From a virus (lineage: Duplodnaviria; Caudoviricetes), in the IMG/VR virus record IMGVR_UViG_3300016474_000106, positions 1 through 43,531 of that record: 43,531 bases of DNA. One strand, written 5' to 3'. The position numbers and the translations under genes were made by a program. Numbering within the stretch: the stretch's first letter is position 1; each line of letters begins with the position of its first letter. Of this stretch, positions 9,070 to 19,900 are shown in pieces. The notes under the pieces are model-generated. The model was not told the DNA's origin, ran no database searches, and worked only from the letters and a program-made list of their open reading frames with translations.

Positions 9070-9990
9070 ATGGCATATGTACCAAATGCAGCAGACACTA
9101 CAGAGCCTATTGAAAGTAGATCTGTTGAGAGTGCAGCTCTTGAGTTTAGGACACTGAAAGAGAAAGTAGTTGACAACTCTACTGCTATTTTAACTTCTTT
9201 GCGTGATGCAACTTTTCCAGTAGGTGTACTGCCTTCTGCAGCTTTACGTGCAGGTAAAGCGCTAGTCTTTGATGGTGCAGGTAATCCAGCAGCTGCGGCC
9301 ATTGGAGATGCAGCTGACCCAGGACTTCGCAGTGATTTGGCAGCTAGTACTGGAGCCTCACTCGTTGGTTACAATGGAAGCTCTGTCAAGAATGCTTTGG
9401 ATTCTACTGTTCGACTATCAGGTGCTCAGTCTGTAGCAGGTGTAAAGACATTTAATGACGGTATTGTACTGGGTGTTGATCTTTCCATAGCTAGCGGTGG
9501 TACTGGAGCAAGCACTGCCGCTGCAGCATTTGATAATTTGAAGCAGCAAGCAACTGATACCTATACGGGCGTAGTGGAGCTTGCGACAGCAGCAGAAGCC
9601 GCAGCGGGTACGGATACCACTCGACCGATCACACCGTCCACGTTGCGAGCTGGTCTTAATTCAACCGGCAGCGCCCCCATCTACGCAGCCCGCGTCTGGG
9701 TCAACTTCAACGGCACCGGTACGGTAGCCATTCGATCAAGCGGCAACGTCAGCAGTATCACCGACAATGGGGTGGGAAACTATACGGTGAACTTCACGAC
9801 CGCTATGCCAGACGCAAACTATGTAGTTCTGGGCCAAGTAAGGCGGCCTGCTGACAGCGCGCTGACTCATCATCTTGGCATGTGGTTAAGTGATACCAAA
9901 ACAACATCAGCAGTTCAAGTTAGGGCCTGTGATGGCAACCTAGGAAACCCGACTGACATGCCAGAAATCGACGTCTCCATCTTCCGCTGA
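9070..9990 (+). CDS. Tail fibre protein
   Basis: G.Q.VAGVKTF, GGTGASTAAAA and GVVELATAAEA fibre repeats; C-terminal ARVWVNFNG...NVSSITDNG.G.YTVNF domain. Confidence 0.8.
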   Translation: MAYVPNAADTTEPIESRSVESAALEFRTLKEKVVDNSTAILTSLRDATFPVGVLPSAALRAGKALVFDGAGNPAAAAIGDAADPGLRSDLAASTGASLVGYNGSSVKNALDSTVRLSGAQSVAGVKTFNDGIVLGVDLSIASGGTGASTAAAAFDNLKQQATDTYTGVVELATAAEAAAGTDTTRPITPSTLRAGLNSTGSAPIYAARVWVNFNGTGTVAIRSSGNVSSITDNGVGNYTVNFTTAMPDANYVVLGQVRRPADSALTHHLGMWLSDTKTTSAVQVRACDGNLGNPTDMPEIDVSIFR

Positions 9991-9999
9991 AAGCAAACA

Positions 10000-10191
10000 A
10001 TGATCCAACGCATCATCTATCCCACTGACGATGGCGGCGTGGCCATCATCATTCCTGCGCCCGACTGCGGCCTGACACTCGAAGAAATTGCAACTAAGGA
10101 CGTGCCAGCCGGCAAGCCATTCAAGATTGTGGATGTTGCCGACATCCCGACAGATCGCACGTTCCGCGATGCATGGGAGTACCATACATGA
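10000..10191 (+). CDS. Small tail-fibre-associated protein
   Basis: 63 aa; IIYP.DDGGVAII.P...KDVPAG.P.KI...IP.DR.FR.AW family commonly following such fibres. Confidence 0.7.
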   Translation: MIQRIIYPTDDGGVAIIIPAPDCGLTLEEIATKDVPAGKPFKIVDVADIPTDRTFRDAWEYHT

Positions 10192-10418
10192 TTACAATTA
10201 ATGTTAATAAGGCTAAGTCTATTGCTCATGAAATGCGTAGAGCTGCTCGAACTGCTGAATTTGCTCCGCTAGACTTTGCCATTGCGGCACGTATTCCTGG
10301 ACAGGACGAAACAGCATTGGAACAACTGCGTCAAGAAATTCGCATTAAATATGCCAATATTCAAGTTCGCATAGATAATGCAGATACAGTAGAGGCTGTA
10401 AAGGAGGCACTGGCGTGA
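10188..10418 (+). CDS. Small tail-fibre assembly-like protein
   Basis: ATGA overlap with previous gene; MITIN..KAK.IAH..RR.AR..EF.PLD motif. Confidence 0.65.
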   Translation: MITINVNKAKSIAHEMRRAARTAEFAPLDFAIAARIPGQDETALEQLRQEIRIKYANIQVRIDNADTVEAVKEALA

Positions 10419-10615
10419 ACGTAGATCCAATAGAATACGGACGCCTAATCTCAACAGTAGAATCTCTTGAAAAGAAGGTGGATGCAATGGAGGCAGATAT
10501 AAAAGCTCTGCTTGCATTGGCAAACAAATCCAAGGGGGGTTTCTGGATGGGAATGACAATCGCAAGTTTTGTGGGAGGCTTCATTACTTGGGCCTCTGGA
10601 CATTTTCTGAAATAG
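10415..10615 (+). CDS. Coiled-coil plus C-terminal TM protein (XhlA-like/holin-like)
   Basis: GTG start with AGGAGG RBS; N-terminal heptads, single hydrophobic C-terminal helix. Confidence 0.6.
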   Translation: MNVDPIEYGRLISTVESLEKKVDAMEADIKALLALANKSKGGFWMGMTIASFVGGFITWASGHFLK

Positions 10616-10619
10616 TACC

Positions 10620-12326
10620 ATGGCAATACAGCGTTTCAAACTTGCATTTAACAATGCACGCATCCCCCTCGTGTCTACGCAAGCCAGTCGCGCTGTATTT
10701 GTGCCTGGCATTGAAGCTAGTACGCGAGCAATACAAGGAGCTGTTGGCAGCAAAGAGTCCACAATGGATTACCAAGCTGCTCAGCTTATCTACGCGGAGA
10801 ACGTTATGCCAGTGCCTACTGGTATTCGTTCTGTGGGGTATGCTCAGCGAATTGCGCCTACAGTCAATGATGACTTTGACAGTATCTTTGCACTGCGGGA
10901 TGCAGATGAAAACACTGTCCTCTACAGCCCGTCTGCAGGTAAAAACTACATCTACGATGACGTAGCTGGCGCTTGGAGCACTACCTCCCATAATGAGATA
11001 TTTACTCCACTCACCGTAAAAACTGGATACAGTCCAGCCAACAGTAGAGTCACGTACGCGTATGTAGATGGCTTTACGTTTGTTTGCTTTAGTCGCCTGC
11101 TTGCAAGTGATGACAGTGACATGAGTATCATGGTGTGGGATACTGCCACAAAGACGCTGCAGCCTGCAAATGGACTGCTTGCAAATGTCCCATACCCTGC
11201 TGGAGAGATTGATGGTATCTCCAGTTCCAACGGCTATCTGCTTCTATTCTCTGGCCTATCTGTTGCATGGGCAGGATTTAATGGCACTGCATTTGATTAT
11301 CAGATCTACGCAAACGGCAATCTGACAGGATCTGGCTGGCAAACTCCAGAAGATATCAAAGCGCCAATCACTGCACTTATAAGTCTGCCTGGCGGCTTTG
11401 TAATCTTCACCGGTAAGAACGCCATTGCAGCCAACTATCATGCACAATCACTTGGCACTCCTTGGGTGTTCCGAGAGATTCCAAATGCTGGTGGTCTTGA
11501 GTCTTATGAACAGGCGACGGTAGAAGGTAGTAAGGGAACGCTAGTTGCCTACACAACTTCTGGCCTGCAGAGCATCTCACTCAACAGTTCAGAGCTAGAT
11601 AACATTGAAGTTGCAGATTTCATTGCCACTCGTGTAATTGAGCGCTACAATTTAGAGAGTCATGAGTTTACGCGAGGAAGTACGAATCTGGACTTCTATG
11701 TAAAAGTCTCAAACATTGCCAACCGCTTTACTGTAATCTCTTATGGCACTTATCCTGGCGTTTACAGTTATGCGCTTGTATATGATGGTGCATTGAAGCG
11801 TTGGGGCAAACTGCGCATGGTGCATCGTGACTGCTTCTATTGGAACTATGGAGCAATTACTGGATCTATCACCTACGCCGCTATGGGAGATATTTCCTAC
11901 AGCGGTCAGCTGGATGTATCTTATGACTCGACGGCTCAGCAATCAAATGCATTCACAGCAGCGCAACATAGTCTGGCATTTCTGAAAGCTAGTGGAGAAG
12001 TCCTAATTGCTGACTGGTCATCCAGCCTGAGAGATGCAGAAGATGAAGCAGTTGCTGTCATTGGGCGCGTGCAGCTTACCCGCACCAGCAATGTGCAGTT
12101 TAATCGCGTAGAGTTAGAAGGCTTTACAGCTGGCCAGCTTCTGATAGCACCTTCATATGATGGTGCAAATCTTAGTACGCCACAAGAACTCATAACTATT
12201 CAGTCTGGTCCTCTGCTCCACGTGGCAGGTGGAATGATTGATTGCAAGAACTTCAACTTGATTGTGCAGGGCACATTCAACCTAAGCACAATCATCATTG
12301 AAGGTACTACTACAGGGAAAATCTGA
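10620..12326 (+). CDS. Tail tubular protein B / nozzle-like protein
   Basis: 568 aa, beta-rich; ENVMP...G motif; position in tail module. Confidence 0.65.
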   Translation: MAIQRFKLAFNNARIPLVSTQASRAVFVPGIEASTRAIQGAVGSKESTMDYQAAQLIYAENVMPVPTGIRSVGYAQRIAPTVNDDFDSIFALRDADENTVLYSPSAGKNYIYDDVAGAWSTTSHNEIFTPLTVKTGYSPANSRVTYAYVDGFTFVCFSRLLASDDSDMSIMVWDTATKTLQPANGLLANVPYPAGEIDGISSSNGYLLLFSGLSVAWAGFNGTAFDYQIYANGNLTGSGWQTPEDIKAPITALISLPGGFVIFTGKNAIAANYHAQSLGTPWVFREIPNAGGLESYEQATVEGSKGTLVAYTTSGLQSISLNSSELDNIEVADFIATRVIERYNLESHEFTRGSTNLDFYVKVSNIANRFTVISYGTYPGVYSYALVYDGALKRWGKLRMVHRDCFYWNYGAITGSITYAAMGDISYSGQLDVSYDSTAQQSNAFTAAQHSLAFLKASGEVLIADWSSSLRDAEDEAVAVIGRVQLTRTSNVQFNRVELEGFTAGQLLIAPSYDGANLSTPQELITIQSGPLLHVAGGMIDCKNFNLIVQGTFNLSTIIIEGTTTGKI

Positions 12327-12868
12327 TGCCAGAGTATCTATTATCTTCGGGGCTTCCTAGCTATCCTGCGGGGCTCAGTGACAAAGATACGGCTCTTGTG
12401 CTTCCTGTATATAGAGCTGTCAACAACCTTGCAAATAAGGTGAGTGCAGTCACAGGACAGCAGCAGTTTGCGCCATCTGAGTTGCCGCTATTGCGGCCCT
12501 TTGATGTGCTGTCTAATGCGCGCAACAATCTAGTGTTTGCAGTTGCAACTGAAGCTCTAAGCTTTGGCATGGCTGTAAACATTTATGATAACGCGGGCGT
12601 GGTCAGCGTGCGTAAGGCAGACCGCAGTTTGACACGTCCTGCGCATGGACTTGTAAACAGTATCAATGGCGCCGCTATAGGAGCTACCTGTGAAATCATG
12701 TTCATGCAGGGGCGCAGTCAAGGCGTGACAGGATCAGTTGTAGGTAGTGCATACTATCTTAATACTGCTGGCACTGTCACTGCTACCAAGCCCACTACTG
12801 GCATGATTCAAGCGGTGGGTTGGGGACTGGGAACTCACGGATTCTACTTAAACATTGAGGCACCATGA
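12326..12868 (+). CDS. Putative virion structural protein
   Basis: 180 aa; G..YYL...G.....P...Q.VG C-terminal motif of decoration-type beta domains; TGATG coupling. Confidence 0.6.
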   Translation: MPEYLLSSGLPSYPAGLSDKDTALVLPVYRAVNNLANKVSAVTGQQQFAPSELPLLRPFDVLSNARNNLVFAVATEALSFGMAVNIYDNAGVVSVRKADRSLTRPAHGLVNSINGAAIGATCEIMFMQGRSQGVTGSVVGSAYYLNTAGTVTATKPTTGMIQAVGWGLGTHGFYLNIEAP

Positions 12869-13251
12869 GTAAATTCAAATTATCTGCTCGTAGCTTGAAT
12901 ACAATGTCTGGAGTTCATCCAGATTTGCAACGTGTTGTCAAGCGGGCCATTGAAATCACAGATGTTGATTTTGTAGTCTTGGAGGGACTTAGGAGCGAAG
13001 AAAGACAACTTGCCTTGGTCCGCTCCGGAGCCAGTAGGACTATGGATAGTAGACATCTTACTGGTCATGCTGTTGATCTTGGTGCTTGGGTTGACAGGCG
13101 TGTGGCTTGGGATTGGCCGCTGTATCATTCTATTGCAGTTGCTATGCTGAGTGCTGCAAAAGAACTTAAGATTCCGATTGTTTGGGGCGGCAATTGGAAA
13201 TCTTTCCCGGATGGCCCGCACTTTGAACTATCACGAAAGGTTTACGAATGA
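12865..13251 (+). CDS. Endolysin, peptidase M15 family (L-Ala-D-Glu type)
   Basis: EGLRS.ERQ, SRHLTGHAVD (Zn ligands), WGG.W..F.DGPHFEL. Confidence 0.92.
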   Translation: MSKFKLSARSLNTMSGVHPDLQRVVKRAIEITDVDFVVLEGLRSEERQLALVRSGASRTMDSRHLTGHAVDLGAWVDRRVAWDWPLYHSIAVAMLSAAKELKIPIVWGGNWKSFPDGPHFELSRKVYE

Positions 13252-13418
13252 CTGCTTCTATTGTAGCTGCATTGGTGCGGCACATTCTTACAGCTGTTGC
13301 TGGAGGTCTCGCTGTCAAATACCAAATTGACGGGGCAACAGTTGATGCAATCATTGGCGGCACAGCCGCAGCTGCTGGCCTGATATGGTCAGTTCTTGAA
13401 AAACGCAGGCCCGATTAA
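13248..13418 (+). CDS. Small two-TM putative holin (Pam3-gp28-like), not in ORF track
   Basis: MTASIVAALVRHILTAVAGGLAVKYQIDGATVDAIIGGTAAAAGLIWSVLEKRRPD (56 aa); ATGA overlap with endolysin; RH.LT and WS..EK motifs, basic C-terminus. Confidence 0.8.
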   Translation: MTASIVAALVRHILTAVAGGLAVKYQIDGATVDAIIGGTAAAAGLIWSVLEKRRPD

Positions 13419-13431
13419 GGGATTCGCAACT

Positions 13432-13481
13432 AGGCTACGTGTGTGCTTGATTTACAATCAAGTTACTGCGTAGCCTTTTTT
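13432..13481 (+). terminator. Long-stem intrinsic terminator after lysis genes
   Basis: AGGCTACG...CTTGATT/ATCAAG...CGTAGCCT followed by a T-tract. Confidence 0.65.
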
Positions 13482-13494
13482 CATGGAGATTATA

Positions 13495-14301
13495 ATGGCA
13501 ACAGATAAAGTACAAGTGCCAAATGAACTTGGCCAACTTCAAGCATTGATGGGGTTGATTGGAGGCGGTGGACAGACTGCCACTACTACGACTACGAATA
13601 CTGCCCCACTGCAAAATGTCCTCAGCCAGCTGCAAGGCGTCGACTACAATGCTATGCTCCAGGGCATCTTTCAGCAAGCAGCAGGACAGATTCCAGGATT
13701 GCAGTCTGCATATGGTCGCGCTGTTGGAGCACGTAGTAGCGGCAATGCGCCTATGCAAGCAGCTTTGCAATCGCTGCTACAACAAACTACACTGGAGGGC
13801 CAGAAGCAAGTTGCAGCACAGCAAAATCAAAATCTGGCTACTCAGGCACAAGCGGCAAGTGCAATGACTGGCAAGAAGCAGACTACCAAGCAAAACAGTC
13901 AACTTGGGCAGATGGCTGCTATTCTAGGATTGGCACAGGCGGCCACTAAACTTGGTGGCTATAAGACTGTGCAAGAGATGCTGGGAGCTGTGACTGGTAC
14001 TGGTACTGGCGGCGGCACTGCTGCTCCTGTTACTCCTGCCACAGTTCCCGTAGATTTTACACTCCCGCAGAATGTGCCTTTTGCTGAGAGTCCTTACGCA
14101 TCTTTTGTAGATTATAGCGGGCCTGCATACACTCCTGGACAGGATACGGCAACTGCATATACTGCGCCCGTTGACACCGCGACATTTACTCCTGTTGATT
14201 TCAATGTTGCAAACTTTGCAGTAGATCAAGCACCTGCGCCTGAGATGAGCATGGCACCAGAGGAGTGGTTCCAGCAGCCTAATGCGATGCAGTGGTTTTA
14301 A
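13495..14301 (+). CDS. Putative DNA ejection/internal virion protein
   Basis: Gln/Ala/Gly-rich low-complexity protein; GGAG RBS before ATG 13495; position before large internal proteins. Confidence 0.6.
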   Translation: MATDKVQVPNELGQLQALMGLIGGGGQTATTTTTNTAPLQNVLSQLQGVDYNAMLQGIFQQAAGQIPGLQSAYGRAVGARSSGNAPMQAALQSLLQQTTLEGQKQVAAQQNQNLATQAQAASAMTGKKQTTKQNSQLGQMAAILGLAQAATKLGGYKTVQEMLGAVTGTGTGGGTAAPVTPATVPVDFTLPQNVPFAESPYASFVDYSGPAYTPGQDTATAYTAPVDTATFTPVDFNVANFAVDQAPAPEMSMAPEEWFQQPNAMQWF

Positions 14302-14310
14302 GGAGTTATC

Positions 14311-15198
14311 ATGGCAATACAATATGCAGGAGGAGGGCGCAGATCAGATGCGCCAACATATTCTCCACGTGCAGTGATGGGCACACAAGTAACAATGCCA
14401 GATGAGGCAGTAGTTGCCCAGTTGCTGCAAGCTATCAATGCTCCATCTATGCCACAGTTTTCCAGTAGTGGGAGTGGTGGAAGCGGTGGAAACATCTCAG
14501 CCAGTACAACCGCTGCTGGTATAGATCCTGGCCGAATTGGTGCAGGTATCAACGCGCTAGGCTATGGTGCCCAGCTTGCGCAAAGTCCGGACCTAGCACA
14601 GATGGCAAGTGATCTAGGCAAGGCTTTTGGAGTTGCAGGACTGGGAGTTAGCCTATCTAAAGCTGAGAATGTAGCAGATGTTGGAAAGACTTTGGCTACT
14701 AGTCCAATGGCTCTGAATGCTCTTGGAGTGCCAGGACAACTAGCTGGAGTTATTGGCGGCTTTGCAGCTAATGGTCTTGAGGGCGCTGCTACATCGCTAG
14801 GTAAGATGGCAACATATGCAGCGGCTCCAGTAGTAGGTCTTGTAGATGCAGGACTTACGTTAGCTGGTATGCCAACAATCGTTGACATGGCAATGGCGGC
14901 AATACAACAAGCAGTTGCTCCTCACAATCCTGAAGCTGTATCTGTTACTGATTTGTCTGTGCCAGAGGCTTCGCTGGATCAGTCCAATTTCAGTGACTAC
15001 GGATTCAGTGTAGCTCCAGATTTTAGTGAAGGTGGCTGGCAATCTGGCACTACAGATACAGGAACTACTGTTGGCGGCCCTATGAGTGGCGACATTTCAG
15101 GATCTGATCTTGGCACACTTGGAGGTGACTACGGAAGTAGTGACTGGGGCGGCGGAGGCTATGGCTTTGGTGGCGGCACTGACGGAATGGGAGATTAA
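14311..15198 (+). CDS. Putative ejection/pilot protein
   Basis: 295 aa; hydrophobic Gly/Ala-rich helices and an acidic Gly/Asp/Ser tail; AAGGAG RBS. Confidence 0.6.
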   Translation: MAIQYAGGGRRSDAPTYSPRAVMGTQVTMPDEAVVAQLLQAINAPSMPQFSSSGSGGSGGNISASTTAAGIDPGRIGAGINALGYGAQLAQSPDLAQMASDLGKAFGVAGLGVSLSKAENVADVGKTLATSPMALNALGVPGQLAGVIGGFAANGLEGAATSLGKMATYAAAPVVGLVDAGLTLAGMPTIVDMAMAAIQQAVAPHNPEAVSVTDLSVPEASLDQSNFSDYGFSVAPDFSEGGWQSGTTDTGTTVGGPMSGDISGSDLGTLGGDYGSSDWGGGGYGFGGGTDGMGD

Positions 15199-15200
15199 TT

Positions 15201-16919
15201 ATGCTTGATTTAAATGCAATTCTTGGGCAGCTTACAAACACTGCTCAACAGCGCCAACAGAACGTGACCACTCAGCTCAATACAATGAATGCTGAGACTG
15301 CGTTGATGCAGAACATGATGGATGTCAATGCGCAGGAAGCTGCACAAGTGGCACAGATTGCATCTGAGCAGGCAAAGCAAGCAGCTGCAATTCAATACAC
15401 GCAGAACAAAGTTCTGGAGAATGCGCAGACTGTTATTGGCCTTAACCCTGATGATATCAATAATGAGTTGAACGCCAGCATGGCTGCCTACAATCAGGCA
15501 GAGACAGAGCGCAAAGCGGTCCGACAGCAGGTTGACAAGCTGAGTCAAATCAGTCTGCTGGATAATCCCCTTGGGTGGATTGCTGCTCAGCTTCAACTGC
15601 CGCAAGTAGCAGCCCAGAACAATGCGCTTGTTGACCAGCGAGATGCCGCTGCGGAAAACATTACTACTCGTCAGCGCCTTTTGACTGCTCACCGAAGCGC
15701 CGTCACTGCAAATACAGCAGACTCCATCAAAGAGTTGAAGATTGCAGAGGCTGATAATCAACTTAAGGCTGCGCAGATCAAACTGCGGGAAGCTCAGATT
15801 GACAATATTAGCAAGATCAGCGGCCGCAATCTGCAAGCATATCAACTGTCTGACAAGCTCTTTGATATTGAGTCTGATCTGTTCAACAAAAAGCTTCAGA
15901 TCACGCAGACCTTGCAGCAGTCTGAAATGCTCGCAGAGCAGCGTGCAGCCAATCGTGAGATTCAGCTTCAACGTCTGGAGAAGATGAAGAAGGAGGCTGC
16001 ATTTGAGCAGGAGTTCAATTCTCGCCTAGCTCAGATCAGTGGCCTCATGGGAAGATCTAAGCCCATGACCTTGCAAGAACTGGAACTCTTGCCAGCTGCA
16101 GAAAAGAATCGCTGGCTGATGGCAGCAGGAAATGCAAGACTTGGTGAAGGCCTTGTAGAATCTCTTGGTATGCTTGCAACCGCAGATCAGACAGCTATTG
16201 CGCGCACCAATCCAGGATTTGCAAGTTCCATCAGTGGCTATACTGAGCAGCTTCGCGTAGAGATGAAGGAGCGCGCCAAGAAACTTGGCAAGCAGGTTGA
16301 GCAGCTTTCCAAACAAGAGCTTGCACAAGTACGAGATGAAGCTGAGCACGCTGTCACCAACATGTTCTACACTAGCGCCAATGGTACTGGCAGCAGGGCA
16401 ATGAATGACAGCGCATTTGACAGCAAGTTCCATCCTTACAAGCTGCGTCACACTGCAATGCTGGACATGATTGCCACGAAGCCAGAGTATGCAGGACTGA
16501 AGGACAATGCACTGGTCAAAGCTCTGCAAACTGTTGCAGCGAGTAGCAGCACCAGAACCTATGACTCCAACCTGACAGCAGAACAGTTTACCCAAGCTAT
16601 CAACACTGTTGCAGAATCTGTAAAGGCCAAGACCATATCTCCTGAAAAGGCCGCCGCAGATATTGCAAACTACGTGCGCTTGGGCGCTGCTGCCAACTTG
16701 AATCACTACCAATATACAAACGTAGGCTTGCTTCCTGCAAAGAACTACGTTGTGGATCTTGGCATTAAGTCTGTCAAAGGAGGCACAATCAAGTTCGATG
16801 CAACAAATGAATTGCAGACTAAACAGGCACTGATTGATGCATCCATCTCTACTGTGCGCAAGTACACCAACCCGATGATCTATCAGAAAGAAAAACTTTT
16901 TGAAGGTCTTGGCTTTTAA
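15201..16919 (+). CDS. Putative internal virion/ejection protein (coiled-coil)
   Basis: 572 aa helical, Gln/Ala-rich. Confidence 0.6.
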   Translation: MLDLNAILGQLTNTAQQRQQNVTTQLNTMNAETALMQNMMDVNAQEAAQVAQIASEQAKQAAAIQYTQNKVLENAQTVIGLNPDDINNELNASMAAYNQAETERKAVRQQVDKLSQISLLDNPLGWIAAQLQLPQVAAQNNALVDQRDAAAENITTRQRLLTAHRSAVTANTADSIKELKIAEADNQLKAAQIKLREAQIDNISKISGRNLQAYQLSDKLFDIESDLFNKKLQITQTLQQSEMLAEQRAANREIQLQRLEKMKKEAAFEQEFNSRLAQISGLMGRSKPMTLQELELLPAAEKNRWLMAAGNARLGEGLVESLGMLATADQTAIARTNPGFASSISGYTEQLRVEMKERAKKLGKQVEQLSKQELAQVRDEAEHAVTNMFYTSANGTGSRAMNDSAFDSKFHPYKLRHTAMLDMIATKPEYAGLKDNALVKALQTVAASSSTRTYDSNLTAEQFTQAINTVAESVKAKTISPEKAAADIANYVRLGAAANLNHYQYTNVGLLPAKNYVVDLGIKSVKGGTIKFDATNELQTKQALIDASISTVRKYTNPMIYQKEKLFEGLGF

Positions 16920-16946
16920 TCTTTAACATGTCACATCGGAGGCGAT

Positions 16947-19900
16947 ATGGACATTTTTGAGCATCCCATTGCAACTGCGGCCGACACCACAGACATGCAA
17001 GCAGGTACACTGACGCGTATCAGTGAAGCAGTCACCAAAGGCACTCCTGCTGCCGTAGTCTCTGGCGCACTTGGAATCTATAATACATTTCTTGACTACA
17101 CTGGTCAGGACATGCTCGATACTGAGCAAACTGTGCGTCGCTTCGCCGGAGATGAAGTAGGAGATTATTACGCAGAGCACAAAGCTGGCGCTGACCTGGT
17201 TGGCTTTATTGGCTCTTCCCTTCTGCCTATGACAATAGGTACAAAGGGACTTCAGCTTGCTCGTAGCGGCACCGCAGTTGGTAACTTTGGGCGCGGCCTT
17301 GGACTTACTGCCAGCCGTAAGGAGTACTGGCTTAAAGAGGCTCTAAAAGAAACTGCTGAGAATGGCGGCACTGTCAAAAACATTCTGCAATCTTCTGCAC
17401 GCCGCAAACAGCTTGGGTGGGAAGTTGCAGATCAGGCACTGATTGGTACTGCCCAAGAGCTGGCCATTGTAGCAATGATGAATGACAACCCCATCTTTGA
17501 TGGGGACAGTCTTGGAGACTTCGCTTGGAATGCTGCACTTGGTACAACCCTTGCTGGCACCATTGGCGGTGGGCTTGGATCACTTGCCACGAAAGGCATC
17601 CTCAAGTCTGCATCACGAGATATTCAGGCAGAGCTGCGACTGGTGGACACCATCTACGATCCTGCACAGCTTGGACTGAAGACCAAAGGTACCGAGATCA
17701 GTGCCTATCTGTCTGACATGCTAAGCAAGCCTGAAGGTTTGCAGAATATTGGATTCAAGTTTACCTACGATGGCAAGCGCTATGAAGAAGTTCTGGACAT
17801 TGGGCCAGCTATAAATGCTGCGCGCGCCAAAGCTCAGAAACAAGCGCAGGATGAGATTGCCATCCGCTTCAATGAACTTGCAGCTGGAGATGCCAGTATT
17901 GGCCAAGCCTACTCTGCATTTGTTAAGTCTGGCATCAGTGCTGCACGAGAAGCGGGCAAGTCTCCAGATGAAATCGTAGAACTGTTGCATGGGTATCTGA
18001 ATAATGTGGAGCGCATTGAGGCCGTTGACCTTGATCGAATGGCATTGGATGCTCGCAAGTTCTATATCAATCTCAAGCCTACTGGAGATACGGCACTTGA
18101 GAAGTTGAGCAATGCGTTCAGCAAGGAGCGTAGCAAAAAGACTTCTCAACAAGCATACATGCTTGCAGATGAGGTGACAGCAGCGGACTTGGAAGTTGTC
18201 CGCATGGATCAGCTTGGTGTTGGCAAAGTCAAGGATGCGTTCAAACTTGCTCCTGAGGCAGATGCGGTTCAGCTTTTGGATGGCAGCTTCCGCTTTAACC
18301 CTGCAAGCAAGAAGGTGCTGGCATACCGTGAAACTCCGCACACTGTGCGTATGTTCGTGGATCTGGAAACTGGCACGCTTACTCCGCAAACTGTTCCTGT
18401 CTTTGGGGATCTTATCAAGAATGGCAAGTTCATTGATGCGATTGATTATATCTCTGCAGGTAGCTTTAAGCAGCGAGTGAGTGGCGCTTTTGTATCTAAG
18501 ATTGATGCGCCGCCTATAGAAGGCAGTGCCCGATTTGCATGGGCAAGTCGTCGCAGCATCTCCGAACTTTACAAGGTTACTCGCGGCATTGTGAATGCCA
18601 AGGATTTGCCGGTGCTGCAACGCCTGGTGGAACTTGAGAGCTCTCACTTTGATACTGTAAAGAAGTTCAAATTCATGGAAGGCAGTAAAGAAGCTCCTTA
18701 CGAGGAGCTTGTCAGCCTTCGTGCTTATGTGGAAGAAGCGCGCCTAGATATTCTGCAAGGGCAACTTGAGAAGCTTGGCAAAGCTGGCAAGGCCGTTGAG
18801 ACTCGCATCATTGCAGCCAACCTGGGAACTACTCGTGAATGGGTGGAAGAAACTATTTCTAATGGATTCAATCCGCTTGTTCACAATCAGGCACTGCGAG
18901 AGTCTGGCATTCTGCCTACAGAGGCGGCACTGACTCCACGAAATGTAGCTGTTCAGTGGAACTTTGGCGTAGTTTCTAAGATGGTTCCAGAGGATGCGTA
19001 CCGCATGAATATGGGACCAAGCCATCTGGCAACTATGGAACTCAGCACACACTACCAGCTGGCTGTGCGCCGCAGTGTCCAAGATAATGCTGTCAACTCT
19101 GTGCTTGGAGAAGACGCAGACCTGATTATTGATCTGGAAAAGTTTTCTTCTGGTAAGGACCCACTGAGCAGAGCTGCTACAGAACAAGGTGCTGGCGCTA
19201 CTACGTTCGGTGCAGCCAACGCGGACTATGGCAACAAAGCAGCACTAGGTTCACAAGAGCTTGGCAAGAACGTTTCACTGCTTAAACAGCGTCGCAGGGA
19301 TGCAGTTGTAGAAACTCTGAGTCCGCATGTCAACGCCATACGTGAGAGTCCTGAGGCCGCTGCGGAACTAGGCATCCTGACTACAGCACTTCGCAAATCT
19401 CCAATGCGTTATGTTGTCGATCCAGATGGGGAACAGCGACTCATTAGCACTGAGGCAATCTCCGCTGCCAAACGTGCCAATATGACTGTGGATGAAATTC
19501 TGGATACATTGACTGGAGACATGCCCCATGTGTTTGGAGTCAACTCTGAAGCAGTGTTTGAGTTTGTGAAGGCACACACGGCCATCAATCATCAGCGCCG
19601 CAACAAGCTAACTACGCTCTACAATGCACGTGGCATGAACATGGCCAAGCATGGTGATGAGCCTATTGTCTATGTGCCTCCCATTAACACTGTTCGCTAT
19701 CCTTATCATGCGTTCGTCAAGCCCAAAACCAAAGTAGGCTTGGCATCTGATACTGGCATGATAACTGCGCGCAGTGAGCAGCAGTTGAGGGAACTTGCAG
19801 ACAGCCTTCGTGAGGACTTTGATGTATTCTTCAAGGCTGACACAGACAACTATTTCAAGGCAAAAGGTGAATACGACTACAGTCTGACGCTGAATGAAGG

